From NCBI RefSeq assembly GCF_036365525.1, contig NC_090372.1:67233132-67297131 (forward strand): DNA of 64,000 nt. The letters run 5' to 3'. Positions 23,843-36,551 of this stretch are shown piece by piece. The stretch comes from Heterodontus francisci (Eukaryota). The position numbers and the translations under genes were made by a program. The first letter of the stretch is position 1, and every line of letters starts with the position of its first letter. The notes beneath the pieces were generated by a model, which did not search any database, had not been told where the DNA came from, and was given only the letters and a program-made list of their open reading frames with translations.

Positions 23843-26760
23843 AGCGGAGTGGTGGCGTCGTGGTATATTACTGCACTAGTAATCCAGAGGCCCAGGCTAA
23901 TGCTCTGGCGACAAAGGAGCTGATGGAATTTAAATTCAATTAATTAATAAATCTGGAATTAACAGCTAGTTTCTGTAATAGTGACCATGAAATTATCACA
24001 TTGTTGTAAAATCCCATCTGTTTCACTAATGTCCTTCACAGAAGAAAATCTGCCATACATGTGACTCCAGACCCACAGTAATGTGGTTGACTCTTGCTGT
24101 CCTCTGAAATGGCCTAGCAAGCACTCAGTTCTACAAAACCACGACAGAAAAGTTAAAAAGGAATAAAACCGGACGGACCACCCAACATCGACCTAGGCAC
24201 CAGAAGCGAAAATGGCACACCCTATCCAGTCGACCCTGCAAATTCCTCTGTATGACCCTCTGGAGGTTTGTGCCAAAGTTGGGAGAGCTGTCCCACAGAC
24301 AGCCTGACATAGTCATACTCACCGAATCATACCTTACAGGCAATGTCCCAGACTCCTCCATCACTATCCTTGGGTATGTCCTGTCCCACTGGCAGGGCAG
24401 ACCCACCAGAGGTAGTGGCACAGTGGTATACAGTCGGGGGAAAGTTGCCCTGGGAATCCTTAACTTGTCCTCACCAATGTCCTGTCACAGATGCATCAAT
24501 CCATGACAGCATTGGTAGGAGTGACCACCGCACAGTCCTTGTGGAGGCAAGTTCCAAGCTTCACATTGAGGATACCATCCATTGTGTTGTGTAGCACTAC
24601 AACCATGTCAAATGGGATAGATTCAGAACGGATCTAGCAGCTCAAAACTGGGCATCCAGAAGGCGCTGTGGGCCATCAGCAGCAGCAGAATTGTATTCAA
24701 CTACAATCTGTAACCTCGTGGCCCGGCACATCCCTCATTTTACCATTACCATCAAGCCAGGGGATCAATCCTGGTTAAATGAGGAGTGTAGGACAGCAGG
24801 CCAGGAGCAGCATCAGGCATACCTAAAAAATGAGCTGCCAACCTGGTGAAGCCACAACACAGGACTACATGCACGCTAAACAGCAGATGCAGCATGCGAT
24901 AGACAGAGCTAAGCAGTCCCACAACCAACGAATCAGATCTAAGCTCTGCAGTCCTGCCACATCCAGTCGTGAATGGTGGTGGACAATTAAGCAACTAACT
25001 GGAGTAGGAGGCTCCACAAACATCCCCATCTTCAATGATGGGGGAGCCCAGCACATCAATGCAAAGGACAAGGCTGAAACATTTGCAACCATCTTCAGCC
25101 AGAAATGCTAAGTGGATGATCCATCTCAGCCTCCTCCTGAGATCCCCAACACCACAGATGCCAGTCTTCAGACAATTCGATTCATGCCATGTGATATCAA
25201 GAAATGGCTGAAGCCACCTGATACAGCAAAGGTTATCAGCCATGACAACATCCCGGCAATAGTACTGAATACTTGTGCTCCAGAACTAGCTGTGGCCTTA
25301 GCCAAGCTGTGCCAGTACAGCTACAACATACAGCTACAACACTGGCATCTATCTGACAATATGGAAAATTGCCCAGGTATGTCCTGTCCACAAAAAGCAG
25401 GACAAATTCAATCTGGCCAATTACAGCCCCATCAGTCTACTCTCGATCATCAGTAAAGTGATGGAAGGTGTCATCAACAGTGCTATCAAGCGGCACTTGC
25501 TTAGCAATAACCTGCTCAGTGACACTCAGTTTGGGTTCCGCCAGGGCAACTCAGCTCCTGACCTCATTACAGCCTTGGTTCAAACATGGACAAAGGAGCT
25601 GAGCTCAAGAGGTGTGGTGAGAGTGACTGCCCTTGACATCAAGGCAGCATTTGACCAGGTATGGCATCTAGGAGTCCTAGCTAAACTGGAGACAATGGGA
25701 ATCAAGTGGAAAACTCATCACTGGTTGGAGTCATGCCTAGCACAAAGGAAGATGGTTGTGGTTGTTGGAGGCCAACCTTATCAGCTCCATGACATCACTG
25801 CAGATGTTCCTCTGGGTGTTGTCCTGGACCCAACCATCTGCAGCTACTTCATCAATGACCTTCCCTCCATCATAAGGTCATAATTGGGGATGTTCACTGA
25901 CAATTACACAGTTTTCAGTACCATTCACAACTCCTCAGATACTAAAGCAGTGTCCATATGCAGAAAGACATGGACAACAACCAAGCATGGACTGATAAGT
26001 GGCAAGTAACATTAATGCCACACAAGTGCGAGTCAATGACCATCTCCAACAATATAGAATTTAACCATCTCCTCTTGACATTCAATGGCATTACCATCAC
26101 CGAATCCCACACTATCAACATCCTGAGGGTTACCATTGACTCGAAACGTAACTGTGGCTACAAGAGCAGGTCAGAAGCAGGGAATTATGTGGCGAGTAAA
26201 TCATCTCCTGACTCCCAAAAGCCCGTCCATCATCTACAAGGCACCAGTTAGGTGGTGGAATACTCTCCACTTGCCTGGATGGGTGCAGCTCCAGCAAGAC
26301 TCAAGAAGCTCGACACCATCCAGGACAAAGCAGCATGCTTGATCGGCACACCATTCACCACTTTAAACATTCACTCCCTCCACCATCGGTGCACAGTGGC
26401 AGCAGTGTGTACCATCTACATGATGCACTGCAGCAACTCACCAAGGCTCCTTCGGCAGCACCTTCCAAACCCACGACCTCTACCACCCAGAAGGGCAAGG
26501 GCAGAAAGTGCATGGGAACACCACCACCTGCAAGTTCCCCTGTAAGCCACACATCATCCTGACTTGGAACTATATTGCCATTTCTTCACTGTCACTGGGT
26601 CAAAATCCTGGAACTCCCTCCCTGTGTGTGTACCTAAAGCAGATGGACTGCAGCCGTTCAAGAAGACTGCTCACCACCACCTTCTCAAAGGCAATTAGGC
26701 ATGGGCAACAAATGCTGGCCTAGCCAGCAATGCTCACATCCAATGAAAGAATAAAAAAAA
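23843..26760 (+). mobile_element. CR1-group LINE, near full-length, single APE-RT ORF, tRNA-like 5' head
   Basis: VPKLGELSHRQPDIVILTESYL, SDH, QFGFRQG, ALDIKAAFDQVWH, EYSPLAW motifs; ends AATAAAAAAAA; many stops and frameshifts. Confidence 0.88.
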
Positions 26761-27723
26761 GGGCTGGAAAGGTGAATGGCATAACATCTTCAGGTGCCAA
26801 GCCCCACACTCTGATTTTTCCAGTGTTCCCCTGCACAGCCCTCCTCAGAACACACCTTTCAGCTCCAATCATTCCTCTCTCCTAGCATCTCCTCACATCC
26901 CCATCTGAACATACAACACTCACACACCCTCATCTTATTGCCCTCTTGCACTCATGCTTCACAATCACCCTCCATAAATGTTGTCCTTCCCTCCTCTCCA
27001 TACAAGACATTACCAATATTCACAACTCTCTGCTTTCTCTCCTAGCAGCAGAAGAGCGCACACAACCTCGGGGTGAGGCAGAGACTCCTGGGCGATGGGG
27101 GGGGGGGGGGTGCGGTGGGAGGCGGGGGGTGGTGACCCTTTAGTGACAGGCACCTTGTCGGTCACTGGCAATGCGTGCCTACTTGGTCCACTGGGAAGAA
27201 GGTCTTGTTCCAGGCCACTGCAGATGACAGCAACGTCCGGCTTTGAAACTCAGAGCCTCCTGCAGTACTGGTATTCACACAATTCGAGAGCTGATCCTCT
27301 GCCTGTAGATCCTGTGTTGTCGGGGGTGGGGGGATGGTGGCAGTCTCACCTCCTTCCAGCTTAATCTGTGTCCATCCCATTTGCCATATGGAGCGCATGT
27401 TGCTAAGGAATAGGCAGCTGCTATTGGTGGTGGTGTAGGTGTTGCTTCTCAACTTGCCCCTCATCAGAGGTGCAAGATGCAGCTGCATAAGCTTCCCCCA
27501 ATACTGTGGTGAAGGATGGCAACAGGAAAGTGCAGCTGAAAGTGAGTGAAGTGCCAAGAAGGTGGCAATCACCTATCAAGCAGTGAAAGCACTCTCTCGG
27601 GGAAGAAGTACTATAAATAGCTGCCTCTCACCTGGGCATGGCTGGAACTCTTCAGTTTCACAGATCAAAATCTCCCTAGCTTGTTACTTTCATTGAAGCA
27701 GGACTCACTACTGTACACTCATT

Positions 27724-28500
27724 GGCCTGAAATTTCTACTCCTGCCGCCAAAATCAGTGGCAGGTGAAAATAATGGTGGCCCGCCCATGTGGGCCGCACG
27801 ACGTGGAGCCGCCACAATATTAAGAGCAGCGGCTCATTTAAATTGCCGGTGTGAACCACACCCCATCCCCCCGGCACCCTGGCCCCCCCACCCCCGCCGT
27901 TTTGGGGGTTTTGAACCCTGCCATTCAATTTCAATATTTAAAGATACATTGATTTTTAAAAATTAAATGTATTTATCTTGCCCCTCTCCCCCGATAACCA
28001 TAGAATTAGTTACTTGCCCTCTTCCCCACAAAACACTTACCATGTCCACTTGCCCTTCCGCCCCGCAAGTGCATATACTTTACATTATAACCCTTCCCAC
28101 CAACCCCTACACCAATGAAATGGCTTTGACCCTCCTCGCCACCACAACCGCACTGAGAAATTAACCTGCTCCCCCCTCCCCACCAGTGTTCCGCCTCGAT
28201 TCCCTGAATGGGATCCAAAGGTGCGTGAGTGCGAGCCAGTGGCACGAAGATCACACCGGGACAGACGGCGGGAAAGTGAATGTAATTAATTCATCAATTT
28301 AAATTTATTTAAATATGTTAATGGGGATTCCGTCGCTGAGCAACAGGTGTCCGCCACAAGGCCTTGCCGCCACCAGCAATATCAGGCCAGGCCCTCTCGG
28401 CGTCAGGGTGCGTGGTGGCCCTAAACCGAAGGCATTTTCCAGCTGCCCCCACCTCCCCAGCCACGATCCCCGACGTTGGGGGATCTGTAAAATTCAGCCC
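27724..28500. mobile_element. Harbinger-type MITE inside element B
   Basis: GGCCTGAAATT / AAATTCAGCCC; TSD ATT/ATC. Confidence 0.75.
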
Positions 28501-28859
28501 ATCTTGTTCACCCTGTCGAGCTGCTGACAAGTCAGGAAACAGGTGCCCTGGCTGTTAAAACCAGAATTCAAGGTTAAAACTGGTTAATCACCTATAATAT
28601 TTAAATGCCTTAGCCAGACAGTTGCACAGGGGTTCTCTGCTTGCCTTCAATTCCACTCAGGTGGAAGCTGGAGGAGAGCAGGATGATGTTGAGATCCTGA
28701 ACCGAAATCATTTTGGGGGGATTTACCTCCTTGTATGCACTCAAACCTGCCTCTCCTTGCCTGGGAAAATTTTCCCCATTGTATCTCTAAGATAGATGTT
28801 GATGATCATTAGAGCTGCAATATACATTGTGCTGCATTGGCGTAGGAGACAGAATAGAG

Positions 28860-29180
28860 TGAGAACAAAGATTCATAACATACTTACGACCAACTACCCC
28901 AGGATCATATAAACAGACAAAGAAGGAGATATTCGTCTCTCATGGAGAAACTGCATTCAAAGGCTGAGGCTGTCCAGAGAGATGACCTTTTTGACAATCT
29001 GCAGGGATATTCATGGGTCACCATGCCCTTCTTGTGTAAGTCAAAGAAATATATCTTAAGTTTCTATGCCACTGTTAGCTTTCAAAACCCAACAATGGGC
29101 ATTAAAGGCAGCATAGGGTGAGCCATGATTCAGAATTATTACACAAGTGACTGATATGCTATTTGGCCATGACTACTATT
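28860..29180 (+). pseudogene. Ancient Harbinger transposase N-terminal relic
   Basis: Fragmentary CIQRLRLSRE...HAL...LSFYATVSFQ. Confidence 0.5.
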
Positions 29181-29516
29181 TATCACAGTTTTCGGGATCT
29201 AAATCTGTTGCTATGGGAACTTTCTCAATGTAATATATAAATTTCTAGTACTATTTATTTGAAGATAAATATAATAAATTTATAGTAATAGATCCCAGGA
29301 TTTCTAGCAGCTAAGTGACATTGCTATAACAAACAGAACTTTTGACTTGACTTTGTGCCAGTCATGTTCATCCAGCCAGCAGTTTTCCAACAAACTCTCT
29401 AATGCCTAAGTAACCTGTTCACCAGGATAGTCTTGGCATCCAGGGCTGCTCAGCAGTTTTACTGATATTGCCTCACCAATATTGGGGCCAATTTTGCAAA
29501 TGGCTGGCCAGCAAAC

Positions 29517-29835
29517 GGCGGCACAGTGGCGCAGTGGTTAGCACCGCAGCCTCACAGCTCCAGCGACCTGGGTTCAATTCTGGATACTGCCTGTGTGGAG
29601 TTTGCAAGTTCTCCCTGTGTCTGCGTGGGTTTTCTCCGGGTGCTCCAGTTTCCCCCCACAGCCAAAAGACTTGCATGTTGGTAGGTAAATTGGCCATTAT
29701 AAATTGCCCCTAGTATAGGTAGGGGATGTGGTAGGAATATGGGATTAGTGTAGGATTAATATAAATGGGTGGTTGATGGTCGGCACAGACTCGGTGGGCC
29801 GAAGGGCCTGTTTCAGTGCTGTATCTCTTTAAAAA
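29517..29835 (+). mobile_element. HE1 SINE
   Basis: A box TGGCGCAGTGG, B box GGTTCAATTC, V-domain, tail. Confidence 0.92.
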
Positions 29836-32718
29836 ATCTGCTTAGTGACATCAGCTTTTCCACCTTCTTCCTCTGATGGATGCACAAGACGTGACCATAG
29901 TGGCACAGGAGCCTGCCACTTACATTGGTTAAGTGGGCCACAGTAGGGTCTGTGGATGGCTAGTTTTGCTAACAATCATTAAAAATAAATCCTCTAGGCT
30001 CTAAAATATGGTAGTATCCTTTAGATTCAGGAGAGAAAAAGATCCTAGTACATGTTGGGAGCTTTACCCACAGACTGCTTTCACTGGGGTAAGCTGATAG
30101 CCGTAGTCTGCTATCTAGTTGGGTTTCCTTTGAGCTGATAAGTAATAGCTTTGGGAATGGTCAAAAACCCCTGCCTCAGGCTTCTCAGCAACAGCAGTGT
30201 TAGAGACATTTCAAATACACAAAAAAAATGTATATTATTTGCAAGAGATTATGTCTGAGACAGTGAAATAAGTATTTTGATGTGTTCCTGCATAATGTTC
30301 ACCACCAGCTCACTGGCATGGATTGTGAGCAAAGCCTGACACAATTTTTTCAGTGCTTAGACCAATGTATGTTTGGAAAGAAAGACAGAAAGAAAGAAAA
30401 CTAATTACTTTTGTTTTGTAGTGGATTTTGGAAATATACAGTCAGATTTGCCTTGAAATAGAACAGTATAAGCAATAGGTTAGATCTATGTACTTTTAAG
30501 CACTGGGAAAGAGGAACGCATATAACATTGGAATAGTTGGTTGATGCTTTATTTTTATTGCATCAAGAGATGAATAAATGAATTGCTGAGCAATTCCTGC
30601 AACAAATGTGTAATATGACATCATATGAACATAATCAGATTTAAAATGTTGGTAGTCTCCAAAGGTTATAGACTGCATTATCTGTATTTTAAATAGCCTG
30701 TTGTAGGAGTTGTTTTAATTTACAATGTGTTAAATTTGATGATCAATAAATTTAGTAGCCATACTGTTGTAATCTCCTGTTAACTGCATGAATATTAATT
30801 GTCTGTTAAGACCCACTGTAGACTTTTTCCCAAGACTGTTGTGCAGAACGCCAAATTGTTAACAGAATTGTTCTCATGGCAACAAGGAAATTCAAAGCAA
30901 AGGAGCTTCCAAGCTCTGTACAGAAACCAAAGAGGCTGGATTCAGGCTTTTGACAAAAAGTTTCCCTTTCTGCTCATTATAGCAAGGCATCAATAATCCT
31001 TCAGCATTATATGCTGTTGGAGGAGGTGGACAAGCGGTGTTTAAAAGCATTTAATTAGATTCTTAGGAGAGGGAATAAAAAATAATTTTTCAAGTGACTG
31101 CTGGCCATTATAGTTTGATAATGTAGAAGTTTTTGCATTGATGGAAAATATTTAGACAAACAAAAGAATATAGCAAGATTGACAACTAAAGGAAAGATGA
31201 ATGTGGGCTCCTTTTTAAAATCACAGCTGCTCTCCTGTAGCTCAAGACTTGCTGTCACTTCTAATATCAACACAAAATATAGTGCATTGATCTTATAGTC
31301 TTGCTCTAGTGATTTGTATTTACTGTGATATAACAATTGGAGACTCCACCTCCAAGATCAACCGGCTGGTGAAATGTTGTTCTCTGCTTATTTACCCAAT
31401 CACTGCTGCAAGGTGTATTTATAATGACAACATTATTCAGGGTTTTGCTTAAAAAGAAATCAATGCATTTCATTTTCATGCTCCACTGACTACTCCACTT
31501 AAGCTGTAACTTCAGAAGTAAACAAGTGTCAGCTTGCCACAGTTGGTAACACTCTTATCTCTGAGTCAGAAATTCTATATTCAAATCCTGCTCCAAGATT
31601 TGAGCACATAATTCAGTTTGGCACACCAGCAACAACATAGCACATTTAACATAGAAAAACATCAAGGCACCTCACAGAGGCCTAATATGAGAAAGTGCAC
31701 GGTGAGTAAACATGCAGATAATAGAAGGGGTGAACAAAAACTTGGAGGTAGCTTTTATGGATGCTTTTAGAGGAGCAAAGTGTGGTGTATAATTTTACTG
31801 CAGGATATTTGCATTTTTAAGATCCTGTTCTTTGAATGAAATGCTAAACTGCCACCATGTCTAGCTATTCCAATAGATGTTAAAGATTTGCTTCATACCG
31901 ACACTAAATTTGGAGTGCAAATTGGGTGCCAAGATCTGATTGGATTCCAAAATGAAGCAGAGTGATTTTCTCCTTAGGGGAATCTCAGTCAACTTCCTTT
32001 CACTGTTAAGTCAGGCTTTGATATCTAATTCAGGTTGCTTTTACACTATAACTGCAATGTGAGTACAAAGCTGCGTGCCTTCACACTGACAGTACAGCTG
32101 GAGTGTGCCTTCATTCTTAGCTTCTTACTTTGCATCATGTGAATCAGGCCCTTGTCTGACATCTGTAAATCAACATTGGTCACATTTCTTGATATCAAGT
32201 TACCCTAGGAGGAGGGTTAACAATTTTAAATGACTAAGAATTTCTCAGTTACACTGAAGTAAATCAAACCAAATACTTTTGATCAAATGTTCATCAAAAA
32301 TTAGCACAAACTTCCTTTCAAGATTTTGTAATTTTTAAGTTCTTTTGCCCTTCAGATAAAAGTGTTGTGCAGTTGCAATGGCATTTAGGATAGGTGCCTT
32401 TCTTAAGTAAGCCCCATTCAGCATCCTCATGTTAATCTCACATCTACAATAATTGCATTGTGAACAAATGGGAATCTGGGGAGAATACAGAGCAATATAT
32501 GCAGTAGCAATAAACTCAAAAGGAAAAACAGTTTAACAGAAGGTTTAAATTTAATGAAACTAAAACTATCTTAAACTACAAAACTACAAAACTATTTTAA
32601 ACATTGGCCCATTAATCTCCATCTGTGCTGTGTTAACTGACCTCATCTACAGTGGCAACAAAATCAATGTACTGGAGCTCAGCACTTTGGGGTAAGGAGG
32701 GGGGAAATTCAGCTACAG

Positions 32719-33076
32719 GGTGGCACAGTGGCGCAGTGGTTAGCACCACAGCCTCACAGCTCCAGCGACCCGGGTTCAATTCTGGGTACTGCCTGTGTGG
32801 AGTTTGCAAGTTCTCCCTGTGTCTGCGTGGGTTTCCTCCGGGTGCTCTGGTTTCCTCCCACATGCCAAAGACTTGCAGGTTGATAGGTTAATTGGCCATT
32901 ATAAATTGCCCCTAGTATAGGTAGGTGGTAGGGAAATATAGGGACAGGTGGGGATGTGGTAGGAATATGGGATTAGTGTAGGATTAGTATAAAATGGGTG
33001 GTTGATGGTCGGCACAGACTCGGTGGGCCGAAGGGCCTGTTTCAGTGCTGTATCTCCAAACGAAACTAAACTAAAC
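32719..33076 (+). mobile_element. HE1 SINE, full length
   Basis: A and B boxes, V-domain, (CTAAA)n tail. Confidence 0.93.
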
Positions 33077-33894
33077 TTGACTACTTCCCCACATCTCAAA
33101 GCCAGTCTGATAACCTATGAATACTGACTGCCTGGCTCATCCAGGCCTCTGGGTCAAGTTACTGGAGGACTGCCAGCAACTGTAGAACTGTCCCAACATG
33201 AGACAACCTCTTCAGTGAGGAGGGAAGGAAGAAGGAGGAAAGTTTAAAAAAAAATTTTTTGTCACAGAATCTATTTCTATAAAGAGACAATGAAAAATAC
33301 TGCACTTGTCCTAGGTTGGGAAAATGCTGTACAATGCAACAATAGGATAAAATTGTGCTTTGCAATAGTAGCAGTTCTATGAAATTCCTATGTCCAATAT
33401 AACAACAAATGTGTTAAACCATTTAAAATAAAGAATTAGGCTGGGGAATCTCAGATCTGTTGTTCCGGAATGCAAACTGGACTTAAGGACCAAACAATGA
33501 TCCAGTTTCACATCCTTACATAATTTGGCAATGTGAGTCAAATTGGGATAATGCTTGCTGTCCAATGACACATGGAAGAAGTTGTGCGATGTAAAGAATC
33601 CCTGGTCATGTCTCACATTGGCAGTTGACCAGTTTTCCTGCATGTTGGTGGATAAAAATTCCTTTTTCTTCATTAGTAATTGTGATTAAAATAGAGTTGA
33701 CCTGAGTTTATTTTATTTTAGTTATAGTGTTTGAAATGTTGACCTTTTTAGCCCTTTGTAGGTTTCTGTGATAAGCTAAAAGCTGAGAGCTGTGCAGTAT
33801 GACGTTCGCAGAAGGACATTAAAGATGCTTGTTACTAATGCATGTTTAAAGTGCAATAGTTTGCATTTGCCTAGAGGAGCACTCTACATCCAAT

Positions 33895-34145
33895 GGGAGT
33901 CATTTTAACTTTGGGCAATAGTGTCAAATGGGAAATATCAGGTCAGCCAGTCACCCTTTGCACATTTCTCCTGATTTGACCTTCCATTGACTTCAACTTG
34001 CGTGCCTGTGTAAACTTGCCATTGTGGATCAGCCTCCCATTATAGAAACCATGTGATTTTCATTCCTTTCAATTTCATTGGGTGGTGTCTATAATGGGTG
34101 GATGAACAACATCAATGTTATACCCAGGTGGCAAATTAAATCGCA
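33895..34145. mobile_element. Ancient palindromic DNA-transposon-like repeat
   Basis: Degenerate TIR-like start GGGAGTCATTTT, CCATTGACTTCAA core, internal CCCATTATAGA/TCTATAATGGG hairpin arms. Confidence 0.4.
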
Positions 34146-34199
34146 ACTTCTCTAGTTTCTTCCTTGCTAACCTCCCATCATCAACCCTCCATAAATTGC

Positions 34200-35690
34200 C
34201 ACAGGTCCGAAACTGGGAAGTTCATTATGTTCCACATTAAATTCAGTTTGCCCAATGCCTCCCCACAATGCATCTCCCAATTCAAATTAAAACCCTCATC
34301 CTTGTCTTCGTACCCCTCCATAGCAACATTCCTTCTACTTCTGCAACCTTCTCCAGCCTTTTATGACTTCCCACGCCCTTCAGTCTTCCAGCAATGGTCT
34401 TTTGTGCATTCCCTCATTCCTTCATTTTACATGGCAACTGTTTTGGCCCTACCCTCTGGAACTATCCCTAAAACCCTCCACCTCCGAACTTCTCTCACTG
34501 TCTTTAAAGCCTTCTCAAAAGCCATAATTTTTTAATCTGAATTCTTGGTTACCTATCCTAATACCTTCCTCCATTTCTCAATATCTGTTCCTTTTTTTTA
34601 CCTTCTTTCTCTGTAAAGTGCCTTGGGAAATGTTATGTTTTAAAGCACTATATTAAGCTGTTCTTTTTGTTGATTTTTCTATCCTACATATGGCCAGCCA
34701 TCAAGACTGACTTCTTCCACTTCCAGAACATTGCCCACTTCTACCCCTACCATAATTCTTCCACTGCTAAAATCCTTCAAAGATTGACTTCACAAATATT
34801 CTTCTTGACCGTCTCAGTCCCTTTCCTCTTCACAAACATCAGCTTATTCAGAACTTTGCAGTCCATCTTCTGCCCCACATGAAGTTCTACACACCCATCA
34901 CCCTGTTCTCATCTACTGCCTCCTTGTGCTGCAGCACATTCACTTTAAGATCCATGTTCCCATTTTCGGATTACTCCACAGTCCAGGTCTTGCTATATTT
35001 AGAAAACTTACTTCAACTATGCACCTCAAACCATACCCTTCATCCTGACTTTGCAAAGCTGTTCATTCCTCATCCAATCCAATCCATCAGTGGAGGAAAA
35101 TCCCTTATCCTACAGCCATTATGGGCTGGATTTTACCATCGGCAGACAGGACTTCACCACCGATGTAAAAGTCGGTGGCAAACCTGCGTCCGCCTAGCCC
35201 GGGGGTCCGACCTGCATTTTATGGGTCCCCGGGCTTTGATTGTCCTGAGGCCCAACTGCCATGGCACACACCTCACCCGGCCCACCGCCAAACACCACCC
35301 CCCCCCCCCCCCCCCCGCCCCCCCCCCCCCCCACAACTGGCGCGCGGATAGGCCAGCAGCTATCACTGGGCACTCTTTCATGTCCACAGCATGCCCGTTT
35401 GACACGAGTAAAATACTCGTGGAGACGGGCGGGGGCTTGATTGGCCTCAAGCGGGTGGGCCGTTCTCCACCCACCCCGCCTGACTGCCATAAAGTTGGCC
35501 GGAGGTGGGAGCGGGGCGGGAAGGCCTCCCAGAGCCTCCCGCTCAATTTTACACTGCCCAACGCCACCATCCAACTTGCTGGGGCGGCTAAAAATTCAGC
35601 ACTATGTCTCTGGTCTGTGACACTGTCTTTCTGATCCACTTTGCTTTTTTCCCTCCACTTTCAGAAACCTGCTAATAATCTTGTTTCCTT
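34200..35690 (+). mobile_element. Old L2 LINE 3' fragments, split by a MITE
   Basis: Pyrimidine-rich decayed ORF2 (FFHFQNIAHF...), similar to 52600-53160. Confidence 0.55.
35123..35602. mobile_element. Complete Harbinger-type MITE
   Basis: TIRs GGGCTGGATTTT / AAAATTCAGCAC; TSD TAT. Confidence 0.85.
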
Positions 35691-35871
35691 GGGCAGAATT
35701 TTGAACTAATGGTCCCAGCTGAAACAGCGGGACTTGTAGCAGGTTGGGAACCTGTTGACAGCTGCAGCAGGCTTTGCTGTGACTCTTTCATTGAGCCACG
35801 CATTGGCATCCCATTTCCAGGTTCCCCGGCCAAACAGAGAGTGCAGGTGGGATGCTGCATCGAATCTCTCA

Positions 35872-36424
35872 AAGGAGGGATATACTTGTGTTGGAGGTAG
35901 TTCAGAGAAGGTTCACTAGATTGATTCCTGGGATGAAGAGATTGTATTATGCGGAAAAGTTGAGCAGGTTGGGCTCATGCTCATTGGAGTTTAGAAGAAT
36001 GAGAGGTGATCTGATTGAAACATATAAGATTCCGAGGGGGCTTGACAGAGTAGATGCTGAGAGGACGCTTCCACTCGTGGGGGGATCTAGAATTAGAGGA
36101 CACAGTTTCAGAATAAGTGGTCTCCCATTTAAGATGAGGAGGAATTTATTCTCTCAGAGGGTCATTAATCTTTGGAATTCTCTAACCCAGACAGCAGTGG
36201 AGGCTGGGCCATTGAATATCTTCAAGGCTGAGTTAGACAGATTTTTGATCTACAAGGCAGTCAAGGGTTATGGTGGGGGGCGGGGGGTGGGGGGTGTGGT
36301 GGTGTTAGGCAAGAAAGTGGAGTTGATGCCATGATCACACAAGCCATGATCTTATTGAATGTCAGAGCAGGCTGGAGATGCCAAATGACCTACTCCTGCT
36401 CCTATTTCTTATATTCTTATGTTC
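35872..36424 (+). mobile_element. CR1 LINE 3' end
   Basis: VQRRFTRLIPG, RGDLIETYK, VINLWNSL, 3' UTR with TTCTTATG tail. Confidence 0.9.
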
Positions 36425-36450
36425 TCCTCTTTCTCAAACTCACAACTCTC

Positions 36451-36551
36451 AGTTCCGAAGAAGGGTCACTGACCCGAAACGTTAACTCTGCTTCTCTTTC
36501 CACAGATGCTGCCAGACCTGCTGAGTGAATCCAGCATTTCTTGTTTTTGTC
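36451..36551 (+). mobile_element. Short Penelope-derived element, hammerhead core mutated
   Basis: AGTT-CCGAAGA-A-GGGTC-ACT-GACCC-GAAA-CGTT-AACT followed by the family body. Confidence 0.7.

Larger units (their letters stand above)
23365..28777. mobile_element. Internally deleted Harbinger element B, interrupted by a LINE and a MITE
   Basis: Myb-like peptide (LEVLRQDLRDCSEVIFP) at 23610-23840 (+), transposase N-terminus (ALPVTDKV) at 27140-27400 (-), right end AAAATTTTCCCC; left boundary uncertain. Confidence 0.65.

Noticed and set aside
32719-32790. tRNA gene-like A/B boxes (also at other HE1 copies)
   Set aside because: They are SINE heads followed by V-domain and LINE-like tail, not tRNA genes
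33762-33802. Possible plus-strand terminal exon (FCDKLKAESCAV*)
   Set aside because: Only an acceptor-like site and 12 codons, with no supporting upstream exons
34879-35634. 251-aa ORF
   Set aside because: Chance read-through of an L2 remnant into a GC-rich MITE with a poly-C run
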